Shown here in pieces: positions 51,617 to 60,871 of a stretch of 64,000 bases of DNA. This DNA is from Vulcanimicrobiota bacterium. GTDB taxonomy: Bacteria > Vulcanimicrobiota > Vulcanimicrobiia > Vulcanimicrobiales > Vulcanimicrobiaceae. Within the stretch, counting starts at the first letter, position 1, and the number at the start of each line of letters is the position of its first letter. The notes beneath the pieces are model-generated. The model searched no databases. It saw only the letters and a program-made list of their open reading frames with translations, and was not told the DNA's origin. A program made the position numbers and the translations under genes. The DNA lies in assembly GCA_963812155.1 (NCBI GenBank), contig CAWETW010000002.1:288001-352000 (forward strand). Reading direction: 5' to 3'.

Positions 51617-53073
51617 CGCAGCACTCCGCGCATGCGCAGCGCGCGCCGCGCCGTTTCGGCGTCGTCGAATTCGAACACGTCGTTGCCGACGATTTGATGC
51701 GTCTCGTGGCCCTTCCCTGCGATCAGCACGACGTCGCCCGGCTCCGCTTCGAGAACGGCGCGTTCGATGGCTCGCGCGCGATCGAGTTCGACGACGTGTG
51801 GATGCGTCCCGATGCCCGCCACGATCTCATCGGCAATCACTTGGGGATCTTCGGTGCGAGGGTTGTCGTTCGTCACGTACAGCCGGCCGGCCAAGCGTGC
51901 GGCCGTCGCTCCCATCTCGCGCCGCTTCCCGCGGTCGCGATTTCCACCGCAACCGAACACGACCGATAGCGAACCGCCGGTCGTCTCGCGCAGTGCCGAG
52001 AGCGCCTGATGCAGCGCATCGGGCGTATGCGCGTAGTCGACGACCACGTCAACGCCGTCTTGGCACAACCGCTGCATGCGTCCGGGAACGCGTTCGAGCT
52101 GCAGCAGCCCGCGCGCGCTGTCGGCGTCGCGGGCGCCGAGCGCGCGCGCCGCACCGATGGCGGCCAGCGCGTTGGAGACGTTGAAGCGCCCGGGAAAGCG
52201 CACGACGAAGCGCGTGCCGTCGAGCGAAAAGGCAACCGCTTCCGGCGAGGCTTCGACGCCGGTCGCGACGAGCTCGGCGCCCTCGCGTTCGCCGTACGTG
52301 GTGACGCGCACTCCGGCCGCCGCGAGTTCGCGCGCCCACTGCGCGCCGAGAGGGTCGCCGGCATTGAGCACCGCTTCCGCCGATATGTCGAAGAGGCGCC
52401 GCTTCGCTGCCGCGTACGCCTCGCGCGTTTGATGAAAGTCGAGATGGTCGCGGGTCACGTTGGTGAGCACGCCGACGCGAAAGCGCACGTCGTCTACGCG
52501 GCCGAGCGCCAGCGCGTGGGAACTGACCTCCATCGCGACCGCACGCGCGCCGTCGTCGCGCATTCCCGCGAGCAGTGCGTGCAGTTCGGGAGGCAACGGC
52601 GTCGTATGGGCCAGCGCCCGATCCTGCGCGCCGAACGAAGCGCCGACCGTGCCGATCGTTCCGGACGGTATTCCGGCTTCTTCAAGAATCCCGCGAAGCA
52701 TGTGCACGGTCGTCGTCTTACCGTTGGTTCCGGTAACGCCCACGACGTCGAGGGCATGCGACGGATCCCCGTAAAACGCCGCGGCGAGCGTTGAAAGCGC
52801 GCGTCGCGTGTCGCTCACCGCGATCGCCACCGTTTCGGAAGCCACGGGCACCGCGGCGTCGACGACCACCGCGGCCGCACCCGCCGCAACCGCTTGTGCG
52901 ACGAACGCGTGGCCGTCGGAGTGCTCGCCGCGCAACGCGACGAAGAGTGCGCCCGGTACGATTCGGCGCGAGTCGCTTTCGATCGCACAAACTGCACGCG
53001 ATGCGTCGCCGCGCACGACGGTTTCAGGCGGAAGTCGCGCGATCAGCGCACGCAGATCGACGGTTTCAGCCAT
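51613..53073 (-). CDS. murE: UDP-MurNAc-dipeptide--meso-DAP ligase
   Basis: DSR, TGTNGKTT, TTP, MEVSSHAL, TNVTRDHLDFH, DYAHTPDA, DNPR (DAP-type motif), AGKGHE. Confidence 0.97.
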   Translation of the reverse strand: MAETVDLRALIARLPPETVVRGDASRAVCAIESDSRRIVPGALFVALRGEHSDGHAFVAQAVAAGAAAVVVDAAVPVASETVAIAVSDTRRALSTLAAAFYGDPSHALDVVGVTGTNGKTTTVHMLRGILEEAGIPSGTIGTVGASFGAQDRALAHTTPLPPELHALLAGMRDDGARAVAMEVSSHALALGRVDDVRFRVGVLTNVTRDHLDFHQTREAYAAAKRRLFDISAEAVLNAGDPLGAQWARELAAAGVRVTTYGEREGAELVATGVEASPEAVAFSLDGTRFVVRFPGRFNVSNALAAIGAARALGARDADSARGLLQLERVPGRMQRLCQDGVDVVVDYAHTPDALHQALSALRETTGGSLSVVFGCGGNRDRGKRREMGATAARLAGRLYVTNDNPRTEDPQVIADEIVAGIGTHPHVVELDRARAIERAVLEAEPGDVVLIAGKGHETHQIVGNDVFEFDDAETARRALRMRGVLR

Positions 53074-54799
53074 GGGGTCCAGCCGCCGGCAGGATTCCAG
53101 CATGCAGCATCGCCGCACGCGAAATCTCCGCAAACGCCGGGGCTGCGACCACGCTTCCGTAGTAGGATCCGATTGGGCGCTCGACCTTCACGTAAACGAG
53201 ATAGCGAGGATGCTCGTAAGGCACCATGCCGATAAAGGATGCGGCGTAGTATCCCGAGCGATATTCACCGTCGACGACCATCTCCGCGGTTCCGGTCTTA
53301 CCGGCGGTCGAGTATCCGGGAATTTGCGCGGTCGGATCGCCGGTTCCGTGTAACACGACCATCCGCAGAAAACCGCGCAACTCGCTTGCGGTGCGACGCG
53401 AGAAGACGCGGCGAACCACGTGGGGCGCAACGCTGTGCACGAGCTTGCCCTGCTGGTCGTAGACGGCCCGCACGATGTGCGGCTGCATCAGAAGGCCGCC
53501 GTTGGCGATCGCGCAGTAGTAACGGGCCATTGCAATCGGCGTAACCGAAACGCCTTGTCCGAACGACATCGTCGCCAGCGACGGCGCGCTCCAATCCCGC
53601 GGATTCGGAACGATGCCGGGATTCTCTCCGGGCAGTTCGATGCCGGTCGTGTCGCCGAAGCCGGCGCGCCGCTCCATTGCGTAAAAGGTTTTTGCTCCGA
53701 TCGACATGCCGACTTCGGCGGCTCCGACGTTATGCGAAAATTCGATGATTTGCCCCAGCGTCTCGCTTGCGCCGGTACCGGCCATGAAGCCGTCTTCCGC
53801 GTTGTGAATGATTCGCCCGCCGACTTCTAAACGATCGTGCGCCGGGAAACGCGTCGTCAACGATACTTTGTGCGAATCGAGCGCGGCGGCAGCCGTTAGG
53901 AGTTTGTAGGTCGAGCCGGGTTCGTACGCGTCCATCACCGCGCGGTTGCGCCGGTGGGCGTCGTCGTATTTCCAGAACCGGTTCGGATCGAAGGTCGGCG
54001 CATTGGCTAGAGCGAGCACTTCTCCGGTGTAGGGATCCATGACGATGGCGGTGCCGTCGAGCGCATGGTACGTCGTGACTTGCGTAGCGAGCGCACGCTC
54101 GGCGACGAACTGGATGTAGGAGTCGAGCGTCAACTCGATCGTCGAGCCGGGGTCGGCGGCCGTCACGACGCGCTCGCGGCCGAATGGAATCGGACGTCCG
54201 AACTCGTCGGTCTCGAGCATCACGCTGCCCGAGCGGCCGCGCAGCAGCGCGTCTTGCGAATACTCGATGCCGTCGAGGCCGTTTTCGTCGGTACCGACGA
54301 AGCCGAGCACCGTCGCAGCCAATCTGCCCGACGGGTCGACGCGCTGGCCCGTTTCTTCTTCCTTTAAAGCGATGCCGCCGATACCGAGCGCGCGCACCCG
54401 CTCGACCTCGTCGTGCGGCGCCTTGCGCGCAATCCACGCAAACCAGGAACGCTTGTCGTGAAGCTGCGCAACCGTAGCGGGATCGAGCTTCCCGAATATG
54501 CTTTGCAGTTTCGCGGCGGTCGCATCCGGATTGGCGAGATCGCGCGGCACCGCGTAGACGCTCTCGGAAGGGAGCGAACGCACCAGCACGCTGCCGTTGC
54601 GGTCGAGGATGCTGCCGCGGCGCGCAAAGACTTCAACCGCGTTGGAACGCTGCGCGAGGGCCTGGCGCGCGTACGAGGCGCCGTGAACCACTTGCACGTC
54701 GTAGAGCCGCCACGCGAGGTACGCGGCGGTGACCAGAAGCGCGTAAAAGACGAACTTGGCGCGAATCGGCGAGATGCGTGCGAAGGCTCGCTGATGCAC
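53066..54799 (-). CDS. ftsI: Class B penicillin-binding protein (FtsI/PBP3-like)
   Basis: RGSILDRNG, EPGSTYK (SxxK), SHN (SxN), KTGT, FGQG. Confidence 0.93.
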   Translation of the reverse strand: MHQRAFARISPIRAKFVFYALLVTAAYLAWRLYDVQVVHGASYARQALAQRSNAVEVFARRGSILDRNGSVLVRSLPSESVYAVPRDLANPDATAAKLQSIFGKLDPATVAQLHDKRSWFAWIARKAPHDEVERVRALGIGGIALKEEETGQRVDPSGRLAATVLGFVGTDENGLDGIEYSQDALLRGRSGSVMLETDEFGRPIPFGRERVVTAADPGSTIELTLDSYIQFVAERALATQVTTYHALDGTAIVMDPYTGEVLALANAPTFDPNRFWKYDDAHRRNRAVMDAYEPGSTYKLLTAAAALDSHKVSLTTRFPAHDRLEVGGRIIHNAEDGFMAGTGASETLGQIIEFSHNVGAAEVGMSIGAKTFYAMERRAGFGDTTGIELPGENPGIVPNPRDWSAPSLATMSFGQGVSVTPIAMARYYCAIANGGLLMQPHIVRAVYDQQGKLVHSVAPHVVRRVFSRRTASELRGFLRMVVLHGTGDPTAQIPGYSTAGKTGTAEMVVDGEYRSGYYAASFIGMVPYEHPRYLVYVKVERPIGSYYGSVVAAPAFAEISRAAMLHAGILPAAGPHG

Positions 54800-54812
54800 T
54801 AGGGAACGGCCG

Positions 54813-55268
54813 CTAACGCTGCCGGGTTGCCGCCGGAACGAACAGTCCGGCCAGCGACGAGAGCACCGCGACGCGCGGTTGTCCGGCGGCCGCCGAAGGC
54901 CGCGGGACGTGGAGCACGGCAAACTGTACGGGCTCGGTCATCTTCAAACGCGTTGCGATCGCGGAGAGGCGATCGTCGGAGCGCAACGCGGCAATTCGAT
55001 CGTCGAGGCGCATCGTCTCCTCGAGCAGGGATTCGCGTTGATGTGCGGCGCGTGCCACCGCGTACGAGAGTCCGGTTAGCGTCGACGTCAGCAGCACGTA
55101 GCCCATGAACAGCACGAGCAGGCCGGTGACGGCGGCAGTCACCCGTCCGATGCTGGAGTAACGGGCACGCGATTTGTGCACGATGCGCCGGCGCGTTGCG
55201 GCGCGTGCGGTGCGCGGATTGCGCACGCGGGCGGAGCGTTCGGAGGGTCGCGGCGCAATCACGATCAA
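54813..55268 (-). CDS. ftsL: FtsL-like cell division protein
   Basis: Basic N-terminus, one TM, coiled coil, ..RL..IA..L.M; located between rsmH and ftsI. Confidence 0.7.
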   Translation of the reverse strand: MIVIAPRPSERSARVRNPRTARAATRRRIVHKSRARYSSIGRVTAAVTGLLVLFMGYVLLTSTLTGLSYAVARAAHQRESLLEETMRLDDRIAALRSDDRLSAIATRLKMTEPVQFAVLHVPRPSAAAGQPRVAVLSSLAGLFVPAATRQR

Positions 55269-56137
55269 CTCGCCTTCCGCCGCGCGGCGCGCAGCTTGGC
55301 GCTGCGGGAGCGCGGGTTTTCCGCGATCTCGTCAGCATCGGGTAGCAACGGTTTTTTGGTCAACACCTCGAGACGCTCGTCGTCCTTGAACGAGCGCTTG
55401 ACGATCCGGTCTTCGAGCGAATGGAAACTGATGGCCACGACGCGACCGGCTTCACGCAGCCGGCCGGCGGCGGAGCTCAATCCGTCGAGCAGCGCGTCGA
55501 GTTCGCCGTTGACCGCGATGCGCAATGCTTGAAACACGCGCGTCGCCGGATGCAAGCGCTCGCGGTGACCCCGGCGATGAACGACTCCTGAAACCAGCGA
55601 CGCCAACTCGGTCGTCGTGGTCGGCAACTCGCCGGCGCTTCGCCGTTCGACGATTGCGTGCGCGATTTTTCGCGCGAACCGCTCTTCGCCGTAGAAGTGG
55701 AAAATGTCGGCGAGTTCGCTTTCGCTCGAACTCGAAAGGACGTCGTACGCGCTGCGCCCCTCGTGCGGATCCATGCGCATGTCGAGCGGCGCCGTCTTTC
55801 CGAGCGAGAATCCGCGGTGCGCGTCGTCAAACTGCATCGAGGAGACCCCCAAGTCGAAGAGGACGCCGTCGACCGACGCGATTGCGCAGCCGTCCAGAAC
55901 GGCTGCCAAGTTTCGAAAGTTCTCGCGCACGAACGTCAAGCGCGCATCGTCGATTTCCGCCGCTCGCGCACTCGCCGCCGGATCCGCATCCAGCGCAATG
56001 AGCCGCCCCGATTCCAGGCGCTCCAGGATCGCTCTCGCGTGGCCGCCCGCGCCAAAGGTTGCATCGACGTAGATCCCATCGGGCCGGATCGCCAGCAATT
56101 CCAACGCCGGCCGGAGCAGGACCGGGACGTGCCTCAT
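55265..56137 (-). CDS. rsmH: 16S rRNA m4C1402 methyltransferase
   Basis: HVPVL, DATFGAGGH, DLGVSSMQ, PLDMRM, FQALRIAVN.EL, ISFHSLEDRIVK, NPRSRSAKLR. Confidence 0.98.
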   Translation of the reverse strand: MRHVPVLLRPALELLAIRPDGIYVDATFGAGGHARAILERLESGRLIALDADPAASARAAEIDDARLTFVRENFRNLAAVLDGCAIASVDGVLFDLGVSSMQFDDAHRGFSLGKTAPLDMRMDPHEGRSAYDVLSSSSESELADIFHFYGEERFARKIAHAIVERRSAGELPTTTTELASLVSGVVHRRGHRERLHPATRVFQALRIAVNGELDALLDGLSSAAGRLREAGRVVAISFHSLEDRIVKRSFKDDERLEVLTKKPLLPDADEIAENPRSRSAKLRAARRKAS

Positions 56138-56160
56138 GCGCGACGCTCCACATGGCGCCC

Positions 56161-56601
56161 CTACAGCCCCAGGTCGGCCATGAAGCCGGCCACCTCGCCC
56201 TCGGGCGGCTGCTGAAAGGCATAACGTTCTTTCGCCCAGATCTCGACCCGCGTGAGCAGTCCGACCGAAACCACCTGGCGTTCGATTCCGGCGTACTCCC
56301 GCAGCCGCGCGGGCACGACCACCCGGCCTTGGTTATCGCATCCGACCTCCTCGCTGTTTGCGAAGAGATAGCGCACGAAACGCCGGTACGGCTCGTCCTT
56401 CTGCGGCACCGATTCGAGCCGTCCGCAAATCTCCACCCAGGTTGCGCTTGGATAGAGCGCGAGGCATGGATCGGGGTGTGCGATGGTCAGCACGAACTGC
56501 GATCCGAGCCGTTCGCGGAAGCGCGCGGGCACGATGAGCCGTCCCTTATCGTCAAGGGCGTGCTGCTCCGAACCGGCAAAACGCGGCAATCCGGCGTGCA
56601 C
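56161..56601 (-). CDS. mraZ: Division/cell wall cluster transcriptional repressor
   Basis: LDDKGRLIVPARFR and DNQGRVVVP duplicated AbrB-like motifs; RVEIW. Confidence 0.95.
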   Translation of the reverse strand: MHAGLPRFAGSEQHALDDKGRLIVPARFRERLGSQFVLTIAHPDPCLALYPSATWVEICGRLESVPQKDEPYRRFVRYLFANSEEVGCDNQGRVVVPARLREYAGIERQVVSVGLLTRVEIWAKERYAFQQPPEGEVAGFMADLGL

Positions 56602-56617
56602 AGAATCCTCCGAGCGG

Positions 56618-56654
56618 CACCACTACGCACTACTTCACACCACTATACGCCCCC
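56618..56654 (-). promoter_or_regulatory. MraZ-binding direct repeats
   Basis: Minus-strand AGTGGTG / AGTAGTG / AGTGGTG at an exact 10-bp period (56638, 56628, 56618), with a degenerate fourth at about 56648. Confidence 0.75.
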
Positions 56655-56713
56655 AGGAAACTCAAAGCAAGGCCGGCGTTCCACGGTAAAAGGACGGTGA
56701 GCCGGTACGGAGA

Positions 56714-56743
56714 TGCAGATGCGAACAACAGTTCGCATCTGCA
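56714..56743. repeat. Perfect 13-bp inverted repeat containing CGAAC-N4-GTTCG
   Basis: TGCAGATGCGAAC-AACA-GTTCGCATCTGCA. Confidence 0.8.
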
Positions 56744-56827
56744 AGGCTAGCTGCCGTAACGCCGGCTCCGCGCAGACAGGATCGCCGCCGCGACGTTACC
56801 CGGCCGCGATGCGGGTATGACCGTCGC

Positions 56828-57271
56828 ATGAGAGCGACGTGGAAACCTCACGAAAAGCATGGGCGTCTCACTCGCCAGAGCGACCTCCCCGATAGCGTGT
56901 ACGCCTTTCCAAAGGAGCGCAAAGAACCGCTGACCGACGCAAAACACGTTCGCAACGCGGTCGCGCGCTTCGATCAGGTGACCGGCGTGTCGGAGAGTTC
57001 GCGCGAACTTGCGTTTGCAAACATCAAGAAAGCCGCAAAGCACTACGGCATCGATCTCGGGGAATCGTCGGCAAAGGATCTCGGCGTGCATCCGCAACGC
57101 CATCGCAAGACCGCGTCGCGCAAGGGTGCCGCTATTCGCAAAAAAACGGGCGTCGCAAAAAAAGCAGCGCGCAAGGGCGCTGCTACGCGCAAGCGGACCG
57201 GGGTTGCGAAGAAGGCGGCACGCAAGGGCGCCGCGACGCGCAAAAAGCAGGCCGGGCGCTCCTCACGCTAA
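56828..57271 (+). CDS. Small basic protein (DUF6582-like N-domain) with a histone-H1-like Lys/Arg/Ala repeat tail
   Basis: LPDSVYAFPKERKEPLTDAKHVRNAVARFDQV; 17-aa (51-bp) repeats RKGAA.RK.TGVAKKAA at 57119-57247. Confidence 0.75.
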   Translation: MRATWKPHEKHGRLTRQSDLPDSVYAFPKERKEPLTDAKHVRNAVARFDQVTGVSESSRELAFANIKKAAKHYGIDLGESSAKDLGVHPQRHRKTASRKGAAIRKKTGVAKKAARKGAATRKRTGVAKKAARKGAATRKKQAGRSSR

Positions 57272-57286
57272 TCGGCGGATCGCTCC

Positions 57287-59161
57287 TTACACGTAGTCTC
57301 GCAACGTTACGATGACGTCGCGCGACGTGCCGTCCTTCCCGCTGACCGTCATCCGAATCGCCGTGCCCGATACGCCGTAGAATAACTCGCGCACTTGCTG
57401 GAGCGTCATATCCGCAGCCGGTTTGCCGTCGACGCTGACGATCGTGTCGCCCTTGGCTAAGCCCGCGTCGGCCGCCGGCGTGCCGGGCCGCGCGTCGAGC
57501 ACGAGATACTTGCCGTCGCGATTGAGCAGAAACAGTCCCGCGCGCTCGTACGTGTCGCGCTGACCGAACGCCGCGTTCGGCGTCAGCGTCATCGTTTGCT
57601 TGCCGTAGTCGAGCGTCAAGGTAAACCGCCGGAAGAGATTGCCGCCGACGTTGGCCGCGACGAACGGCTCGGCGAACGCGCCTTTGGTTTGCGTGGTGAA
57701 ATCGCCGATGACGTCGTTCAGCGTGAATCCGCCGAAAGCAACCGACTGCATGCGGCCGAGTTTTCCGAATGATGGGCCGCCGAACCCGTAGCCGGTGACC
57801 CCTACTCCGGTCAACGTGGCCGGCACGACCTGCGGATGCTCTGCGAGGAACGGACCAAAGAGCGTGATCGAGTCGCGCGCCCCCGTGTCGAGCGTGCATT
57901 GCGTGTCGACGCCGTCGATGGTGCACGCGAACTGCGGTTGACGTCCGTCGAGCACGAACGGCGACGTCTTCGCTTCGCCCGGCGCGGCCGGAGCGCTGCC
58001 CGGCATTGCCAGCGTCACCGACTTAGCCGCGTAGTCGAAGGTCGTAATGAAACGCGAGAGCACTTCGAAACCGATCAGCCCGTCGACCGGGCGTCCGCTC
58101 GAAATGCCGAAACCCAAGCGCGTCGGCGCGACGCCGAAGAGTTGATTGCGGACCGTCGCATCGCCGATCTGCATGGATGCGACCTTTGCAAAACTCACCG
58201 ACTCCGTGGTCGATCCGACGCCGCCGCCTTGAATCGATCCATGACCGGCAGCGCCGATTTCTCGTGCGACCGCCGGATCGACGATATTCGCTCCGCCCGT
58301 ATCGTAGATGAAGCGATAGGGTCCTTTGCCGTTCAGCATCAGCGAAAGATAGACGTGATTGTCGACCAGTTCGATGGGAATGGTGGTGCTCGTCGCGCTG
58401 CCGGCGATCGAAAAGTCGTGCACGGTCGACGCGGGCTTGGCAAGATGCTCGGCTGCGCCCGCGGGATTCGCGATGGCTTGCGTGACGGTGGAATCGCCGG
58501 AGTTTCCGTCGCTCGATTGCGTGTGACTCGCGCGCGGAATCATCAAACCGTCCACCGGCTTATAGTTTGAAAACGTCGAAACCGTCGTCGTCGGACCGAT
58601 GGTTTGCACGAAACGCACCGGTAAGTGCGTCGTGCGATCGAACCACAACTCGAACGGGACGAGCGATTGGGGAGCGGTGATCTGCAGCACGTCGTAACTG
58701 CGGCCGGCGTCTTGCTTGACGCCCGCAAAGTGGACCGTCGCGCCGCCGCGGTTTGGACCCCAGAGCGCGCCGTCGTTTACGAACGCCTGGCTGATGGCTT
58801 GCGCGCGCCCCGCTTGTCCGCCGTCGACCCAGACGAGGCCCGAGTCGTCGCTATTCCACGCGTCGGTTCCGTCGAAGCCGTCGCCGCCGCTCAGCGGCTG
58901 GGCATCGTACGACTCCGAAAACCGCTTTCCGCCGATCTCAAGCCACGAACTTCCCTTGCCGCTCATGCCGCCGAAGCTGACGGTGCCTTCCAACTCCAGC
59001 GTCTTCACGCGTTCCAGGGCGGCGCCGCCGAGCGCGGCTCGCGATTGCGCCAGCAGCCGGGCGAGCGGATCGGCCGGTGTAGCGGCCTGTGCCGCTAGCG
59101 GGCATCCTGCGGCGAGGGCGAGCCCCATGGCAAATCGCGCGAACGTCTTTACAAACTTCAT
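57287..59161 (-). CDS. Secreted aspartyl protease (two retropepsin-like domains) with C-terminal PDZ
   Basis: Signal peptide; FIYDTGG and TLDTGA catalytic motifs; DGLIG; PGTPAADAGL..GD.I..VDG. Confidence 0.85.
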   Translation of the reverse strand: MKFVKTFARFAMGLALAAGCPLAAQAATPADPLARLLAQSRAALGGAALERVKTLELEGTVSFGGMSGKGSSWLEIGGKRFSESYDAQPLSGGDGFDGTDAWNSDDSGLVWVDGGQAGRAQAISQAFVNDGALWGPNRGGATVHFAGVKQDAGRSYDVLQITAPQSLVPFELWFDRTTHLPVRFVQTIGPTTTVSTFSNYKPVDGLMIPRASHTQSSDGNSGDSTVTQAIANPAGAAEHLAKPASTVHDFSIAGSATSTTIPIELVDNHVYLSLMLNGKGPYRFIYDTGGANIVDPAVAREIGAAGHGSIQGGGVGSTTESVSFAKVASMQIGDATVRNQLFGVAPTRLGFGISSGRPVDGLIGFEVLSRFITTFDYAAKSVTLAMPGSAPAAPGEAKTSPFVLDGRQPQFACTIDGVDTQCTLDTGARDSITLFGPFLAEHPQVVPATLTGVGVTGYGFGGPSFGKLGRMQSVAFGGFTLNDVIGDFTTQTKGAFAEPFVAANVGGNLFRRFTLTLDYGKQTMTLTPNAAFGQRDTYERAGLFLLNRDGKYLVLDARPGTPAADAGLAKGDTIVSVDGKPAADMTLQQVRELFYGVSGTAIRMTVSGKDGTSRDVIVTLRDYV

Positions 59162-59281
59162 GCGATGGTTACGGGCGGGGATCTGGATTTGTTTCCATAG
59201 CGCGGGCAAAAAGGTTACGCCCCAGGGGGGCTCCGGGTACAGTAAGCGCGTCTGGGGGAAGGGGAGATCGTCGTTTCAGAG

Positions 59282-60871
59282 TTGGGCCGCCCGAGTGCGC
59301 TGTGGACCGAAGCCGACGCTCACCTGCGCGCGCTGTCGGAGTCGCTGCCGCTCATCCTTTTTAGTGCTGGGCCCGACGGCTGGGTCGACTGGTACAGCCG
59401 GCGGTGGTATGAGTACACGGGCCAAGCGCCGGAACAGGCGGCCGGTTGGGGCTGGCAGGCGGTGCATCACCCCGACAGCCTGCTCGACGTCATGCGGGAA
59501 TGGCCGCATTCGATCGCAACCGGCGAGCCCTTCGAGATGGAAGTGCGCTTACGCCGTAACGACGGAACGTTTCACTGGTTCTTGGCGCGCGCAGAGCCGT
59601 TTCGCGACGAGAACGGTACCATCCGGCGCTGGTACGGAAGCATCGTGGATATCGACGCGCAGAAGTTCAGCATCGACCGCAGCAAGCGCATCGCCGAGAC
59701 GATGCACGAAATTTTTCTTCCAAAGGTGCTGCCGCAATACGCCGACCTGCGTCTCGACTCTATGTATCTCTCGGCCGAACGCGACGCGCTCGTCGGCGGC
59801 GATTGGTACGACGCGTTCGAACTTCCGGACGGACGGCTAATTCTTTCGATCGGCGACGTCGCGGGACACGGGCTCGAATCGTCGATCACCGTCGGGCGGC
59901 TTCGCCAAGCGATCTATACGATGGCGTGGCGCGGCGACGACCCGGGGACGATTTTGAAAGAAGCCGACCGGATTCTCAGCTTTCAGGATCCAGGAACGAT
60001 GGTGACGGCGATCGTCGGCTCGATCGATGCCGCGCACGCGACGCTGCGTTACGCGGTTGCCGGGCATCCGCCGCCAATGATTGCGCGCACCAAGGGAAAA
60101 CCGGCGGAGGTACTTCCCTTCGGCGACCCGCCGCTCGGCATCGGCTTGAACGTCGACCCGCAGACGCACGTCGTGCCGATCGACCGCGACAACGTCGTCG
60201 CGCTCTACACCGACGGCGTCACGGAGTTCTCGCGGGATGCCGTCGCAATCGAGAAAAAACTTGCACGCGCGCTGTCGTCGCTCGTCGGTGACGCCGAGGT
60301 CGCCAGTCCCGCGAGAACACTAGCCGAAAAGATTTTTGAGGGTAGGCGGCCGTCCGACGACGCAGCGCTGCTCGTGCTGCAGTTTTCCGCGACGCGACCC
60401 CACATCGCCAACGATCCCGGCCCCCTCGAAAAGGTGTGGCGTTTTCATTCGAGCAGCGCTCACACGGCGCAGGCGTCGCGCCGCGAGGTCATGGCCTTTT
60501 TGCGCGCGCTGGCGCCTGCCGGCGAAAATCTCTTTGATGTAGAGCTGATCGTGGGCGAACTTTTCGCCAATACGGTACAGCACGCGCCGGGTCTGGTCGA
60601 AGTGCGCGCCGATTGGTCGAAGGAACACCCCGAACTGATCGTCCGCGATACGGGACCCGGGCTGGAGTTTCTCGTCGGGCGGCTGCCGGAGAACGTCCTC
60701 AGCGAAAACGGACGCGGCCTGTTTTTGCTCAAGACGCTCGCCACCGGCGTCACCGTGCGGTCGCGTCCCGGCTATGGAACGGAGCTGCGCGCGGTGCTTC
60801 CGATTTCGCGCGCTTTACACGCACGCTCGCGGTCGATCAAGACGCGCTTGCGCGCCAAGCCCCAGCGATAG
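59282..60871 (+). CDS. PAS-PAC + SpoIIE/PP2C phosphatase + RsbW-like HATPase fusion (start uncertain)
   Basis: W..YTG..GWGW..VHHPD; VGGDWYD, IGDVAGHG, AGHPPP, LYTDG, DDAA; ELFAN.VQH, VRDTGPG, GRGLFL. Confidence 0.88.
   Translation: MGRPSALWTEADAHLRALSESLPLILFSAGPDGWVDWYSRRWYEYTGQAPEQAAGWGWQAVHHPDSLLDVMREWPHSIATGEPFEMEVRLRRNDGTFHWFLARAEPFRDENGTIRRWYGSIVDIDAQKFSIDRSKRIAETMHEIFLPKVLPQYADLRLDSMYLSAERDALVGGDWYDAFELPDGRLILSIGDVAGHGLESSITVGRLRQAIYTMAWRGDDPGTILKEADRILSFQDPGTMVTAIVGSIDAAHATLRYAVAGHPPPMIARTKGKPAEVLPFGDPPLGIGLNVDPQTHVVPIDRDNVVALYTDGVTEFSRDAVAIEKKLARALSSLVGDAEVASPARTLAEKIFEGRRPSDDAALLVLQFSATRPHIANDPGPLEKVWRFHSSSAHTAQASRREVMAFLRALAPAGENLFDVELIVGELFANTVQHAPGLVEVRADWSKEHPELIVRDTGPGLEFLVGRLPENVLSENGRGLFLLKTLATGVTVRSRPGYGTELRAVLPISRALHARSRSIKTRLRAKPQR

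Noticed and set aside
57119..57247. Tandem 51-bp repeats as a possible CRISPR array
   Set aside because: In-frame coding repeats without unique spacers; no cas genes in the window.
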